Shown here: in pieces, positions 29,838 through 39,118 of the stretch
Numbering within the stretch: the stretch's first letter is position 1
How the letters are laid out: every line of letters begins with the position of its first letter
DNA from: Rhizobiaceae bacterium
GTDB lineage: Bacteria > Pseudomonadota > Alphaproteobacteria > Rhizobiales > Rhizobiaceae
Reading direction: 5' to 3'
DNA length: 64,000 bases
Assembly: GCA_965247225.1 (NCBI GenBank)
Contig: CBDFGT010000030.1
Span: 17,456 to 81,455, forward strand
Notes under the pieces: generated by a model
Told to the model about the DNA's origin: nothing
Seen by the model: only the letters and a program-made list of their open reading frames with translations
The model's database searches: none
Translations under genes and position numbers: made by a program

Positions 29838-30525
29838 TCAATATGCGTCGGCGTTGTCGATGTTGAAATTGTAAAGTGTGCGGCCAGATCCGTAACGGGT
29901 AAACTCTTCCGGCTTCACATCAACTATGCCTGCCTTGTCGAGAAGATCCTGCAACACCGTAATATGCTCGGGCCGCATCTCTTTTTGAATGCAGTCGGGC
30001 TCCGAGGCTTTTCACCTTGCCGCGCACAAACAGCCGGGCCTCATAAAGGCTGTCGCCAAGGGCTTCCCCGGCATCGCCCAGCACCACCAGATTGCCCGAT
30101 TGCGCCATGAAGGCCGACATGTGGCCGATATTGCCCTTCACGACAATATTGATACCTTTCATGGAAATGCCGCAGCGCGACGAGGCATTGCCCTCGATCA
30201 CCAGCAGGCCGCCCCGGCCTGTGGCCCCGGCATACTGGCTGGCATCACCCTTGATGATGATGGCACCCGACATCATGTTTTCACCGACACCCGGACCAGC
30301 CGATCCATGCACGATAATAGTCGCGTCCGTGTTCATGCCGCCGCAGTAATAGCCGACCGGCCCATGGACATCGACTGTCACCGCAGCATCAATGCCCACC
30401 GCAACCGAATGGCTGCCGCGCGGATTGAGCACTTCAAAACGGGTTTCATTGGTTCCCGGCATAATGGCGTGCAAAGCCTGGTTCAATTCCCTCAGGGGAA
30501 CTTTTGACAGGTCAAATGTTGGCAT
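29838..30525 (-). pseudogene. mgsB: N-methylglutamate synthase subunit B (GXGXG-repeat domain), frameshift at the CCC run 29997..29999
   Basis: Repeats 'HGPVGYYCGGMN / GSAGPGVGENMMSG / GDASQYAGATGRGG / GNASSRCG'. After 'KVKSLGA' the family tail 'DCIQKEMRPEHITVLQDLLDKAGIVDVKPEEFTRYGSGRTLYNFNIDNADAY*' is in the +1 frame. Confidence 0.8.
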
Positions 30526-30584
30526 GTCTGTTTCCTTCATTCACTATTGGGATAAAAGCGCAATGGACAGAAAATTCCGCCGGA

Positions 30585-31481
30585 TCAATGCTCCCAGAAA
30601 TAGACTGTTGCCGGTTCCGGTTCCCAGACGCGGGCCGTTTCAATACCGGGCAGGTTGACCAGCGCGCGATATTCGGACCCGAAGGCCACATAGCGGTCCG
30701 TCTCGGCCATGACGGCAGGCTTGCAGGCAATGGGATCGCGCACCACGCCGAAGCCGGACCTGGTGCCGACCACGAAAGTGAAGAATCCGTCAAGATCGGA
30801 TACGGCACCCGTCAGCGCCTCGCCCAGGTTCTTGCCCCTGGCCATCTGCGCGGTCAGATAGGCGGCAGCCACTTCCGTGTCATTCTCTGTCTCGAACGTT
30901 ATGCCGTCACGCTTCAGTTCACGGCGCAGGTTATTGTGGTTCGACAGCGATCCGTTATGGACAAGGCACTGGTCGGAGCCGGTGGAAAACGGATGTGCGC
31001 CCATGGTGGTCACCGCAGATTCCGTGGCCATGCGCGTGTGGCCAATGCCATGCGTACCGGACATCTGTGTCACGCCGAAACGGGCAGCCACATCCTTCGG
31101 CAGGCCCACTTCCTTGTAAATCTCGACACTCTCGCCCGAACCCATGATCCGGATGGACGGACGCACAGCGGTCAATTCGGCCCGAACGGCATCCAGGGCA
31201 TGATCGGCCATTTCAATCACGGCGTGGCTGCTCTTGACGGTGACCCTTGCGCTGCCGCCCGAAACCCCGTCCAGCAAGCCTTCCAGACCGGCAAAATCCC
31301 GGGCAGGATCGCCGGACTGGACCGTCAGCTTGGCCTTGCCCTCTGACGGTGTTCCATAAATGGCAATACCGGCACTGTCCGGCCCGCGATCCGTCATGAT
31401 CACCAGCATGTCCGACAACATCGCCCCGAGATCGGGCTCAAGGCTTTTGTCCTTCAAAAACAACCCGACAATTCCGCACAT
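30585..31481 (-). CDS. mgsA: N-methylglutamate synthase subunit A (class-II glutamine amidotransferase)
   Basis: Ntn start 'MCGIVGLF'. 298 aa. First gene of the minus-strand operon. Confidence 0.9.
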   Translation of the reverse strand: MCGIVGLFLKDKSLEPDLGAMLSDMLVIMTDRGPDSAGIAIYGTPSEGKAKLTVQSGDPARDFAGLEGLLDGVSGGSARVTVKSSHAVIEMADHALDAVRAELTAVRPSIRIMGSGESVEIYKEVGLPKDVAARFGVTQMSGTHGIGHTRMATESAVTTMGAHPFSTGSDQCLVHNGSLSNHNNLRRELKRDGITFETENDTEVAAAYLTAQMARGKNLGEALTGAVSDLDGFFTFVVGTRSGFGVVRDPIACKPAVMAETDRYVAFGSEYRALVNLPGIETARVWEPEPATVYFWEH

Positions 31482-31813
31482 GGCTGAAAATCTCCATTTT
31501 GATATGTATCACAATGACTATCAGGTTCAAAACCAGAATTCAACTCGTAAGAAACATTTTTTCTTGAAAAGCAATAAACCTGTTGAGCTATCCTGAATTT
31601 GGCTTTAAACAGGGATGATCCGGACAGGGATGCGGCATTCCGTGTCGGGAATTGTCCGGCTCCATACCGGATTGGATGTTTAACTGGATGTTCAAACGGG
31701 TAAAGGCTGCCGGTATTGCGGCCAGAATCCGTCCGGAGCGATCGGTCTGGCTTGAAATGTAGACATGCCGTACCAAGTGAATGCCAAACTGCTGCTGATC
31801 TGGATCAAATCCC

Positions 31814-33064
31814 ATGCGCTATTCTGCTCTGTCCATTTTCCTGAAAGCACTGTCCGGCAACAAGGGCTGGACACCGGCCTGGCGCTCCCCGGCCCCGAAG
31901 CCGCATTATGATGTGATCATAGTCGGCGGCGGCGGTCATGGTCTGGCAACAGCCTATTACCTGGCCAAAAATTTCGGCATTACCAATGTGGCCGTTCTGG
32001 AAAAGGCCTATATCGGCTCCGGCAATGTCGGTCGCAACACCACCATCATCCGCTCCAACTATCTGCTGCCCGGCAACAATCCGTTCTACGAACTCTCGCT
32101 GAAACTCTGGGAAGGCCTGGAACAGGATTTCAATTTCAATGCCATGGTCTCGCAGCGCGGTGTCCTGAACCTGTATCATACGGACGGCCAGCGCGACGCC
32201 TACACCCAGCGCGGCAATGCCATGCGGCTGCACGGTGTCGATGCCGAATTGCTCAACCGTGAGGAAGTGCGCGAAATGCTGCCTTTCATGGATTTTGACA
32301 ATGCGCGTTTCCCCATTCAGGGCGGCCTGCTGCAAAAGCGCGGCGGCACCGTTCGCCATGATGCCGTTGCATGGGGCTATGCCCGCGGTGCAGACAGCCG
32401 CGGTGTCGACATTATCCAGAATTGTGAGGTCACCGGCATACGCCGTGAAAACGGTATCGTTATTGGTGTCGAAACCAGCCAGGGCTTTATCGGCTGCGGC
32501 AAGCTGGCGCTGGCGGCTGCCGGAAACTCCTCCACCGTTGCCAAAATGGCAGACCTGCGCCTGCCCGTCGACAGCCATGTGCTGCAGGCCTTTGTGTCCG
32601 AAGGACTGAAACCCTTCATCGATTGTGTTGTCACCTTTGGAGCGGGGCATTTTTATGTCTCGCAGTCCGACAAGGGCGGTCTGGTTTTCGGTGGTGATAT
32701 TGACGGCTACAATTCCTATGCCCAGCGCGGCAATCTCGCCATGGTCGAACATGTGGCCGAGGCCGGTGTCGCCATGATCCCGGCACTGTCACGGGTGCGG
32801 GTGCTGCGCTCATGGGGCGGCATCATGGATATGAGCATGGACGGCTCGCCCATTATCGACCGCACCTCTGTTGACAATCTCTATCTCAACACCGGCTGGT
32901 GTTACGGCGGCTTCAAGGCAACACCGGCATCCGGCTGGTGCTTTGCGCATCTGATCGCCAGGAACGAACCGCATGAAACCGCAACCGCCTTCCGTCTCGA
33001 CCGCTTTGAGCGCGGCTATATGATTGACGAAAAGGGTGTCGGTGCCCAGGCAAACCTGCATTGA
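31814..33064 (+). CDS. mgdA: N-methylglutamate dehydrogenase / sarcosine-oxidase beta-like subunit
   Basis: 'YDVIIVGGGGHGLATAYYLAK'. 416 aa. Confidence 0.9.
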   Translation: MRYSALSIFLKALSGNKGWTPAWRSPAPKPHYDVIIVGGGGHGLATAYYLAKNFGITNVAVLEKAYIGSGNVGRNTTIIRSNYLLPGNNPFYELSLKLWEGLEQDFNFNAMVSQRGVLNLYHTDGQRDAYTQRGNAMRLHGVDAELLNREEVREMLPFMDFDNARFPIQGGLLQKRGGTVRHDAVAWGYARGADSRGVDIIQNCEVTGIRRENGIVIGVETSQGFIGCGKLALAAAGNSSTVAKMADLRLPVDSHVLQAFVSEGLKPFIDCVVTFGAGHFYVSQSDKGGLVFGGDIDGYNSYAQRGNLAMVEHVAEAGVAMIPALSRVRVLRSWGGIMDMSMDGSPIIDRTSVDNLYLNTGWCYGGFKATPASGWCFAHLIARNEPHETATAFRLDRFERGYMIDEKGVGAQANLH

Positions 33065-33101
33065 GGATGTGTGAATGGATTTTCAAACGCTTGGCGCATT
33101 C

Positions 33102-33276
33102 ACCCCTCCCCAACCCTCCCCGCAAGGGGGAGGGCTTAACCAGGCCGCACCTTCGACTGTAAATACGTACATCGAGACCAGAATTTTTGACCCGGATATT
33201 TACATGATTGAAACATTGAGCAAGCAGCGAGCACAGACCTGCTCCCTCCCCCTTGTGGGGAGGGTTGGGGATGGGT
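33102..33276. mobile_element. MITE-like element: 34-bp GC-rich terminal inverted repeats (31/34 match) around a 105-bp AT-rich core
   Basis: Left arm 33102..33135 is 'ACCCCTCCCCAACCCTCCCCGCAAGGGGGAGGGC'. The reverse complement of the right arm (33241..33276) is 'ACCCATCCCCAACCCTCCCCACAAGGGGGAGGGAGC'. Each arm is itself a hairpin. Confidence 0.55.
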
Positions 33277-33316
33277 TTTTCTACTTCAAAACATTTCCCA
33301 TAAAGGAGATGCGCCC

Positions 33317-33586
33317 ATGGCAAGCCTGATCACCTGCCCCCATTGCGGGCAACGCCCCAGAGAAGAATTCACCATTCGCGGCGACGCTTCGCTCATCCGC
33401 CCTGCCCCGGATGCGCCACAGGCAGACTGGTATGCCTATGTCTATCTGCGCGACAATCCGCGCGGCCTGTTTGCAGAGCACTGGCATCATTCCGGCGGTT
33501 GCCGCCGCTGGCTGGTGGTCACCCGCGATACCGTGACCCACGAAGTCTACAAGGTGGCAGATGCTGCCGGAGGAGCGGCAGCATGA
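33317..33586 (+). CDS. mgdB: Sarcosine-oxidase delta-like subunit
   Basis: 'MASLITCPHCGQRPREEFTIRGDA...WHHSGGCRRW' (Zn-Cys motif). SD AAAGGAG upstream. Confidence 0.85.
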   Translation: MASLITCPHCGQRPREEFTIRGDASLIRPAPDAPQADWYAYVYLRDNPRGLFAEHWHHSGGCRRWLVVTRDTVTHEVYKVADAAGGAAA

Positions 33587-36546
33587 GTTCCTTTCGCCTG
33601 CCCCATGGCGGTCTTGTGGACCGTTACCTGCCCCTGAACTTCACCTTTGATGGCAAGGCCATGACCGGCCTGACCGGAGACACGCTGGCCTCCGCCCTCC
33701 TGGCCAATGGTCAGCAACTGGTGGGCCGCAGTTTCAAATATCACCGCCCGCGCGGCATTCTGACCGCCGGTGCGGCAGAACCCAATGCGCTGGTCACCCT
33801 GTCTGCCGGGGGACGCACCGAACCCAATACCCGCGCCACCGTGGTGGAACTCTGCAACGGCCTTTCGGCCCGCAGCCAGAACCGCTGGCCTTCACTGGCT
33901 TTTGATATCGGCGCGGTCAACAGCCTCCTGTCGCCCTTTCTCGGTGCCGGTTTCTACTACAAGACCTTCATGTGGCCTGCCCCCCTGTGGGAAAAGCTCT
34001 ATGAACCCTTCATCCGCAAGGCAGCAGGCCTGGGCAAGGCCACCTGTGAAGCAGACCCGGACACATTTGAAAAATGCTGGGCGCATGCCGACCTTCTGGT
34101 GATCGGCGCAGGCCCGGCGGGCCTTGCAGCCGCACTGAGCGCGGCGCGGGCCGGAGCGGATATCATTCTGGCGGATGAGGGATCCGCCATCGGCGGTTCG
34201 CTCCTGTCCGAGACCGCACGGATCAACGGGATGGCGGCACAGGCCTATGCCGAACAGTGCCGTGCCGAACTCTCCGCAATGCCCAATGTCCGCATTCTGC
34301 CGAAAACCACAGTCTTCGGCTGGTATGATGACAATGTTTTCGGTGCCGTCGAGCGTGTGCAGAAACATATGGCGATTGTCGACAGCAACCGCCCTGTCGA
34401 GCGCGTCTGGCGCATTGTTGCCAGACACGCCATTCTGGCCACAGGTGCTGAAGAGCGGCCTCTGGTGTTTGGCGGCAATGACCGGCCGGGCGTGATGATG
34501 GCAGGAGCCATGCGCAGCTATGCCAATCGCTATGGCGTGGCTGCGGGCAAGAGAATTGCCATTTTCACCACCAATGCCGCAGGCTATGCCACGGCGGCCG
34601 ATCTGGAAGCCCATGGTGTCGAAGTCGCCGCCATCATCGACAGCCGCAAGGATGCCGAAACACCCTGGAGCGGCAAGGCACGCCGCATGGCAGGCGGCCA
34701 GCTGGCCGATGTGACCGGCGGAAAATCCGTTTCCGGTATCATGATCCGTATCGACGGCAAGGTGGAAAAGCTTGATGTCGATGCTGTTGCCATGTCCGGC
34801 GGCTGGAGCCCGATCATTCATCTGGCCTGCCATCGCGGCGGCAAGCCGCAATGGAATGAACAGAAATCCGCCTTTATGGCACCGGACGGACTGAAGGGCC
34901 TGAGCGTTGCGGGCTCTGCCGCAGGTCATGAGGATATTGCATCCTGCCTGTCTTCCGGCATCAGCTCCGCCAATGCGGCACTGGAAGCCCTGGGCTATCG
35001 CACAATGCCTGCCGCCACACACACCGTGACAAACAGTTTTTCACCGGAAGACAGCCGTCCGCTCTGGGCTGTAAAGGGCATCAGGGGCAAGGCCTTTGTC
35101 GATTACCAGAATGATGTTCACCTGAAAGATCTCGGCCAGGCGGTGATGGAGGGCTATGCCCATGTGGAGCTGGCCAAGCGATACACAACCAGCGGCATGG
35201 CAACAGACCAGGGAAAACTGTCCAATATCAATGCCATCGGCATTCTGGCCGAGGCCCGCGGCGTCTCGCCCGCAGATGTTGGCACCACAACATTCCGGCC
35301 CTTCTATACGCCGGTTTCCTTTGGTGCGCTGACAGGGGCCAGCAAGGGTTACCATTTCCAGCCGGTGCGCAAATCCCCCTTGCACAACTGGGCCGCCAGG
35401 AATGGTGCTGTCTTTGTCGAGACCGGCCTCTGGTATCGCTCGAGCTGGTTCCCGCGTGATGGCGAGACGACATGGCGCGAAAGCGTCGACCGGGAAGTGA
35501 TCAACACGCGCACGCATGCCGGTCTCTGCGATGTGTCAACTCTTGGAAAAATAGAGATTTTCGGAAAGGATGCCGCAGAATTTCTCAACCGGGTCTATTG
35601 CAATGCCTTTCTGAAACTGCCTGTCGGCAAGGCCCGCTATGGTCTGATGCTGCGCGAAGATGGCATGGTCTATGACGACGGCACGACAAGCCGCCTGTCG
35701 GAAAACCACTATTTCATGACCACCACAACAGCACTGGCCGCCGGTGTCATGACCCATCTGGAATTCTGTGCGCAGGTGCTCTGGCCCGATCTGGATGTAC
35801 GCCTTGCATCCTCCACCGATCAATGGGCGCAGATGGCCATTGCCGGACCAAAATCCCGCGCCATTCTGCAAACCATTGTGGATGACGACATTTCCGGTGA
35901 AGCCTTTCCCTATCTGGCAGCCCGTGAAATTTCCCTGTTTGCCGGCAAGGTTCAGGGCCGGCTTTTCCGGATTTCCTTCTCCGGCGAACTGGCCTTTGAA
36001 CTGGCGGTACCGGCCGGATCGGGCGAAGCGGTAGCCGATGCCCTGATGGAAACAGGCAGGGACAAGGGCCTGCAACCCTATGGCATTGAGGCACTGGGTG
36101 TCATGCGCATTGAAAAGGGGCATGTCACCCACAATGAAATCAATGGCCGCGTGACACCCGGCGACCTGGGTTTTGCAAAAATGGTCTCGCACACAAAAGC
36201 GGATTTTATCGGCAAGGCCATGTTGCAGCGCGAAGGTCTGCAAGACCCGGAACGGCCAAAACTGGTGGGCGTCCGGCCCTTGAACCCGCACCAGACCTTC
36301 AGGACAGGATCGCATATTCTGGGCAAGGATGCGACCCCGACGCTGGAGGCAAGCCAGGGCCATGTCACCTCATCTGCCTTTTCACCCGAATGCGGCCATA
36401 CCATCGGCCTTGCGCTGGTCAGGCACGGGCCGGACCGTCACGGCGAGGAAGTGCATGTCTGGAATGCGCTGCGCAACGAGTTCACACCGGGCATTCTGTG
36501 CGATCCGGTGTTCATTGATCCGGAAAACAGGAAACTCCATGTCTGA
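33583..36546 (+). CDS. mgdC: Sarcosine-oxidase alpha-like subunit (FAD/NAD plus THF-binding GcvT-like C-terminus)
   Basis: Start ATG 33583 overlaps the delta-subunit stop (ATGA). 'DLLVIGAGPAGLAAALSAARAG', and a GcvT-like tail 'ISFSGELAFEL'. Confidence 0.9.
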   Translation: MSSFRLPHGGLVDRYLPLNFTFDGKAMTGLTGDTLASALLANGQQLVGRSFKYHRPRGILTAGAAEPNALVTLSAGGRTEPNTRATVVELCNGLSARSQNRWPSLAFDIGAVNSLLSPFLGAGFYYKTFMWPAPLWEKLYEPFIRKAAGLGKATCEADPDTFEKCWAHADLLVIGAGPAGLAAALSAARAGADIILADEGSAIGGSLLSETARINGMAAQAYAEQCRAELSAMPNVRILPKTTVFGWYDDNVFGAVERVQKHMAIVDSNRPVERVWRIVARHAILATGAEERPLVFGGNDRPGVMMAGAMRSYANRYGVAAGKRIAIFTTNAAGYATAADLEAHGVEVAAIIDSRKDAETPWSGKARRMAGGQLADVTGGKSVSGIMIRIDGKVEKLDVDAVAMSGGWSPIIHLACHRGGKPQWNEQKSAFMAPDGLKGLSVAGSAAGHEDIASCLSSGISSANAALEALGYRTMPAATHTVTNSFSPEDSRPLWAVKGIRGKAFVDYQNDVHLKDLGQAVMEGYAHVELAKRYTTSGMATDQGKLSNINAIGILAEARGVSPADVGTTTFRPFYTPVSFGALTGASKGYHFQPVRKSPLHNWAARNGAVFVETGLWYRSSWFPRDGETTWRESVDREVINTRTHAGLCDVSTLGKIEIFGKDAAEFLNRVYCNAFLKLPVGKARYGLMLREDGMVYDDGTTSRLSENHYFMTTTTALAAGVMTHLEFCAQVLWPDLDVRLASSTDQWAQMAIAGPKSRAILQTIVDDDISGEAFPYLAAREISLFAGKVQGRLFRISFSGELAFELAVPAGSGEAVADALMETGRDKGLQPYGIEALGVMRIEKGHVTHNEINGRVTPGDLGFAKMVSHTKADFIGKAMLQREGLQDPERPKLVGVRPLNPHQTFRTGSHILGKDATPTLEASQGHVTSSAFSPECGHTIGLALVRHGPDRHGEEVHVWNALRNEFTPGILCDPVFIDPENRKLHV

Positions 36547-37111
36547 TTTTGCCATCCTGTCGCGCCCTGCCCTTGCCGCTGTTACCCCTGGCCATTTCGG
36601 CACAAGGTCAGATGTTCCGGGCATCGTCCTGACCGCATTGCCGGAAGGCCATGTGCTGCACATTCTGGGGGCAGCCGGTGCCACGCACCATCTCCAGCAA
36701 CTGGCACAGGAAGCCGGAAAACTGGGCAGTTCCGTGCCGCGCTTCACAGCGCCCGGCCAGTGGTTCATCGTTGGCGACACCGTGTTGTCCCCGGCCGGCA
36801 TAGCGCAGTTTGCTGCTGCCATTGGCAATTTTGCAGCCGTGTCAGATCAGAGCCATGGCCGCGTCCGGATCAGGGTTGAAGGCGGCAAGGTGGAAACCAT
36901 GCTGGCCAAAGGCATCGCTGTCAACCTTGCGGTCAGGGCATTCCCGCCCGGCACCTCGGCCACCATGATCTGCGGCCATGTGAGCGTGCACGTCACCCGG
37001 TTGTCGGAGACGGAATTTGAACTGATGGTTTTGCGCGGCTTTGCAGAAGACCTCTGGCACAGCCTGGTGCAGATGGGGCTGGAATTCGGCGTGGAATGCC
37101 GGCGCGCCTGA
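36539..37111 (+). CDS. mgdD: Sarcosine-oxidase gamma-like subunit
   Basis: ATG 36539 overlaps the alpha-subunit stop. 190 aa. Assigned from position and size. Confidence 0.7.
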   Translation: MSDFAILSRPALAAVTPGHFGTRSDVPGIVLTALPEGHVLHILGAAGATHHLQQLAQEAGKLGSSVPRFTAPGQWFIVGDTVLSPAGIAQFAAAIGNFAAVSDQSHGRVRIRVEGGKVETMLAKGIAVNLAVRAFPPGTSATMICGHVSVHVTRLSETEFELMVLRGFAEDLWHSLVQMGLEFGVECRRA

Positions 37112-37142
37112 ATTTGCAGGCGGCCTTGCTATGCTGTCAGGA

Positions 37143-37775
37143 TCACAGCACCATTCCATGTTCTTCCCAGATGGGCCCGATCACCGGATGGGAAACCAGC
37201 CGGTCCATAAGCCGGGCGATTCTCGGATTTTGCGTGCGAAAACCGGCAAGGTCATCCCGCCAGAAGGCCAGCATTCCGGCATAGATGTCCACCGCACTCA
37301 ACCTGTCGCCAAGCAGCAGACCGGCCTCATCCAGAGCCTGCTCATAGACCGACCAGGCTTGCACAATGCGCTGGTCGGCAGAAGCCTTGATCCCTGCCGC
37401 TGCCGAAGGATCTGTCGAATAGCGCTCACTATAATAATAATTGAGCGCATTCATGTAGATATTCGCCGAAAGATAGACCATCCAGCGCAGATGAACAGGC
37501 CGCTTTGCACTGTCGACCAGCGGTGCCAGACCGGCATGCGGCGCAATATCGGCAAGATAGAGAATGATGGCAGCCGATTCGGTCAAAATCTTGCCGCCGG
37601 GCAGAACGAGGGTCGGCACCTGGCCGAGCGGATTGATGGCCATGAATTCGGCAGGCGGCCTTCCATCCGCCGCTTTTTCAACCTCCACCACTTCATAAGG
37701 CAGGCCCGACAGGGCCAGCACTGCCTCGCAGGCAGCCGAACCCGAACCCGATCGGCCATAAAGCGTATATGTCAT
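37143..37775 (-). CDS. Glutathione S-transferase family protein
   Basis: Thioredoxin-like N-terminus 'MTYTLYGRSGSGSAACEAVLAL...NPLGQVPTLVLPGGKILTESAAIILYL'. SD AAGGAGA upstream. Confidence 0.8.
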   Translation of the reverse strand: MTYTLYGRSGSGSAACEAVLALSGLPYEVVEVEKAADGRPPAEFMAINPLGQVPTLVLPGGKILTESAAIILYLADIAPHAGLAPLVDSAKRPVHLRWMVYLSANIYMNALNYYYSERYSTDPSAAAGIKASADQRIVQAWSVYEQALDEAGLLLGDRLSAVDIYAGMLAFWRDDLAGFRTQNPRIARLMDRLVSHPVIGPIWEEHGMVL

Positions 37776-37838
37776 GCGCGTTCGTCTCCTTTTTGGAGAC
37801 ACTATCGCAGCCTGGTCCCCGGGCAAGGGAAAATACGC

Positions 37839-38915
37839 TCAGGATTGCAGATATTTTGTCAGCGGTGCTGAACGGTCCGGCACGCTCAGGGTCAGGGCAT
37901 AGACCGGCGCATGGGTGATTTTTGTCAGACCCAGCAGGCTCTTGATGGCTGTATGCCGGAGAGCCGCAGTCGGACAGGCTGTCAGCCCGTGGTCGGTCGC
38001 AGACAACATGATATTCTGGCCGATATGCCCGGCCTCGATCAGCACCACACGATAGGCATTGGCATCGACATATTTCCACATCGTGCGTTCCAGATGGGCG
38101 CACAGAAGAATCATGCAGGGCTTGTCATCGGCCCATTCCTGGCCGCCGGTCAAAGCTGCAAACGACACATCCGCAATGTCACCATGGACAAAACCCAGCG
38201 AATGTTCCATGGCCGAATAGTGATAGACGCCCGGCTCCAGACCGGACACATGTCTGGCAATGATATAGGCTTCATAGGGGTTTCGCGCACCGCCCGAAGG
38301 CGTCATCGAAAGCGGAAGCCGGCCAACACAATTTTCCGTTTCGCCGGTAATACCAAGGCCTGCAAACAGGCAATCCGACAGCTGTTGCAGCGAAACAGGC
38401 TCGGCCAGGGCCTTGCGCACGGTGCGCCGCGCCGCCATGGTTTGCAGCAACGGCCTGCTGGACAGCGAATGCGGCAGGGATACCTGTTTGTCATAAAGGA
38501 CATTGGATTGGTGCAGGGCAATTTTGCCGCTGTGTTCAACCTTTTCAACTTGCAGGTTTTCAGCCTGTTCCAGCGACATGAAATCATTGTCCTGAACGGA
38601 ATAGTGCATCAATGCGGCCGGAATGCCCCAGCTCCAGGAGCTTTCATAGTCAGCCTCACGGGCGGCCAGATCCGTTCCCTCGCGCACCAGCGCAGATATG
38701 GACACAAGATTGTCGATGGCATCCTGCAACTCACCGGCTTCAAGGTCCGGAATCATCGTGGAAAGTTCGGAAAAATCTTTCCACTCATCCATCCTGGCAA
38801 GCAGGCTCAGGACATCCTGACTGCAATGGAAAACCGACTTTGTCAGAAAATTGCAGGCAGTGATCATGCCGTCCGACTGAGAAAAGACAAGGGATTTGGC
38901 AGCTTTTACACGCAT
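37839..38915 (-). CDS. SagB/ThcOx/McbC-type nitroreductase-fold dehydrogenase with an RRE-like (PqqD-like) N-terminal domain
   Basis: C-terminal half: 'RRTVRKALAEP', 'MTPSGGARNPYEAYII', 'IEAGHIGQNIMLSA'. N-terminal ~95 aa, 'SLVFSQSDGMITACNFLTKSVFHCSQDVLSLLARM...ELQDAIDNLVSISALV', has a beta3-alpha3 pattern. Start is set at ATG 38915 (AAAGGTG upstream). Confidence 0.65.
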   Translation of the reverse strand: MRVKAAKSLVFSQSDGMITACNFLTKSVFHCSQDVLSLLARMDEWKDFSELSTMIPDLEAGELQDAIDNLVSISALVREGTDLAAREADYESSWSWGIPAALMHYSVQDNDFMSLEQAENLQVEKVEHSGKIALHQSNVLYDKQVSLPHSLSSRPLLQTMAARRTVRKALAEPVSLQQLSDCLFAGLGITGETENCVGRLPLSMTPSGGARNPYEAYIIARHVSGLEPGVYHYSAMEHSLGFVHGDIADVSFAALTGGQEWADDKPCMILLCAHLERTMWKYVDANAYRVVLIEAGHIGQNIMLSATDHGLTACPTAALRHTAIKSLLGLTKITHAPVYALTLSVPDRSAPLTKYLQS

Positions 38916-39010
38916 GGTCACACCTTTGAAAGGCCGGACCTGAACCTGTGGTCCGGAAAGGGGAAATGTGGTGCAGGAAGCGGATCGGACGCTTTGCATC
39001 TGCGATCTTC

Positions 39011-39037
39011 AAAGAAAAGGCACTGGCAAGACGTGCC
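39011..39037 (-). terminator. Weak hairpin plus U-rich tract between the short ORF and the dehydrogenase gene (possible attenuator)
   Basis: Minus-strand GGCAC-N9-GUGCC followed by UUUUCUUU. A second hairpin, AACGCU-UGC-AGCGUU, lies at 39046..39060. Confidence 0.3.
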
Positions 39038-39118
39038 GGAACAGGAACGCTGCAAGCGTTACGGTCGCGCCGCCGTGCGGCACGACCCTGCCCGTCGATG
39101 CATCATGGACGACCTGAA

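Noticed and set aside
33075-33329. 84-aa ORF between mgdA and mgdB
   Set aside because: It is a translation of the inverted-repeat element ('PPQPSPQGGG...', '...LPLVGRVGDG'). It has no SD and is an artefact of the repeat.
33343-33582. 80-codon N-terminal extension of the alpha-subunit ORF (listed 33343..36546)
   Set aside because: It overlaps the delta-subunit gene in another frame. The family N-terminus 'MSSFRLPHGG...' starts at ATG 33583 with ATGA coupling.
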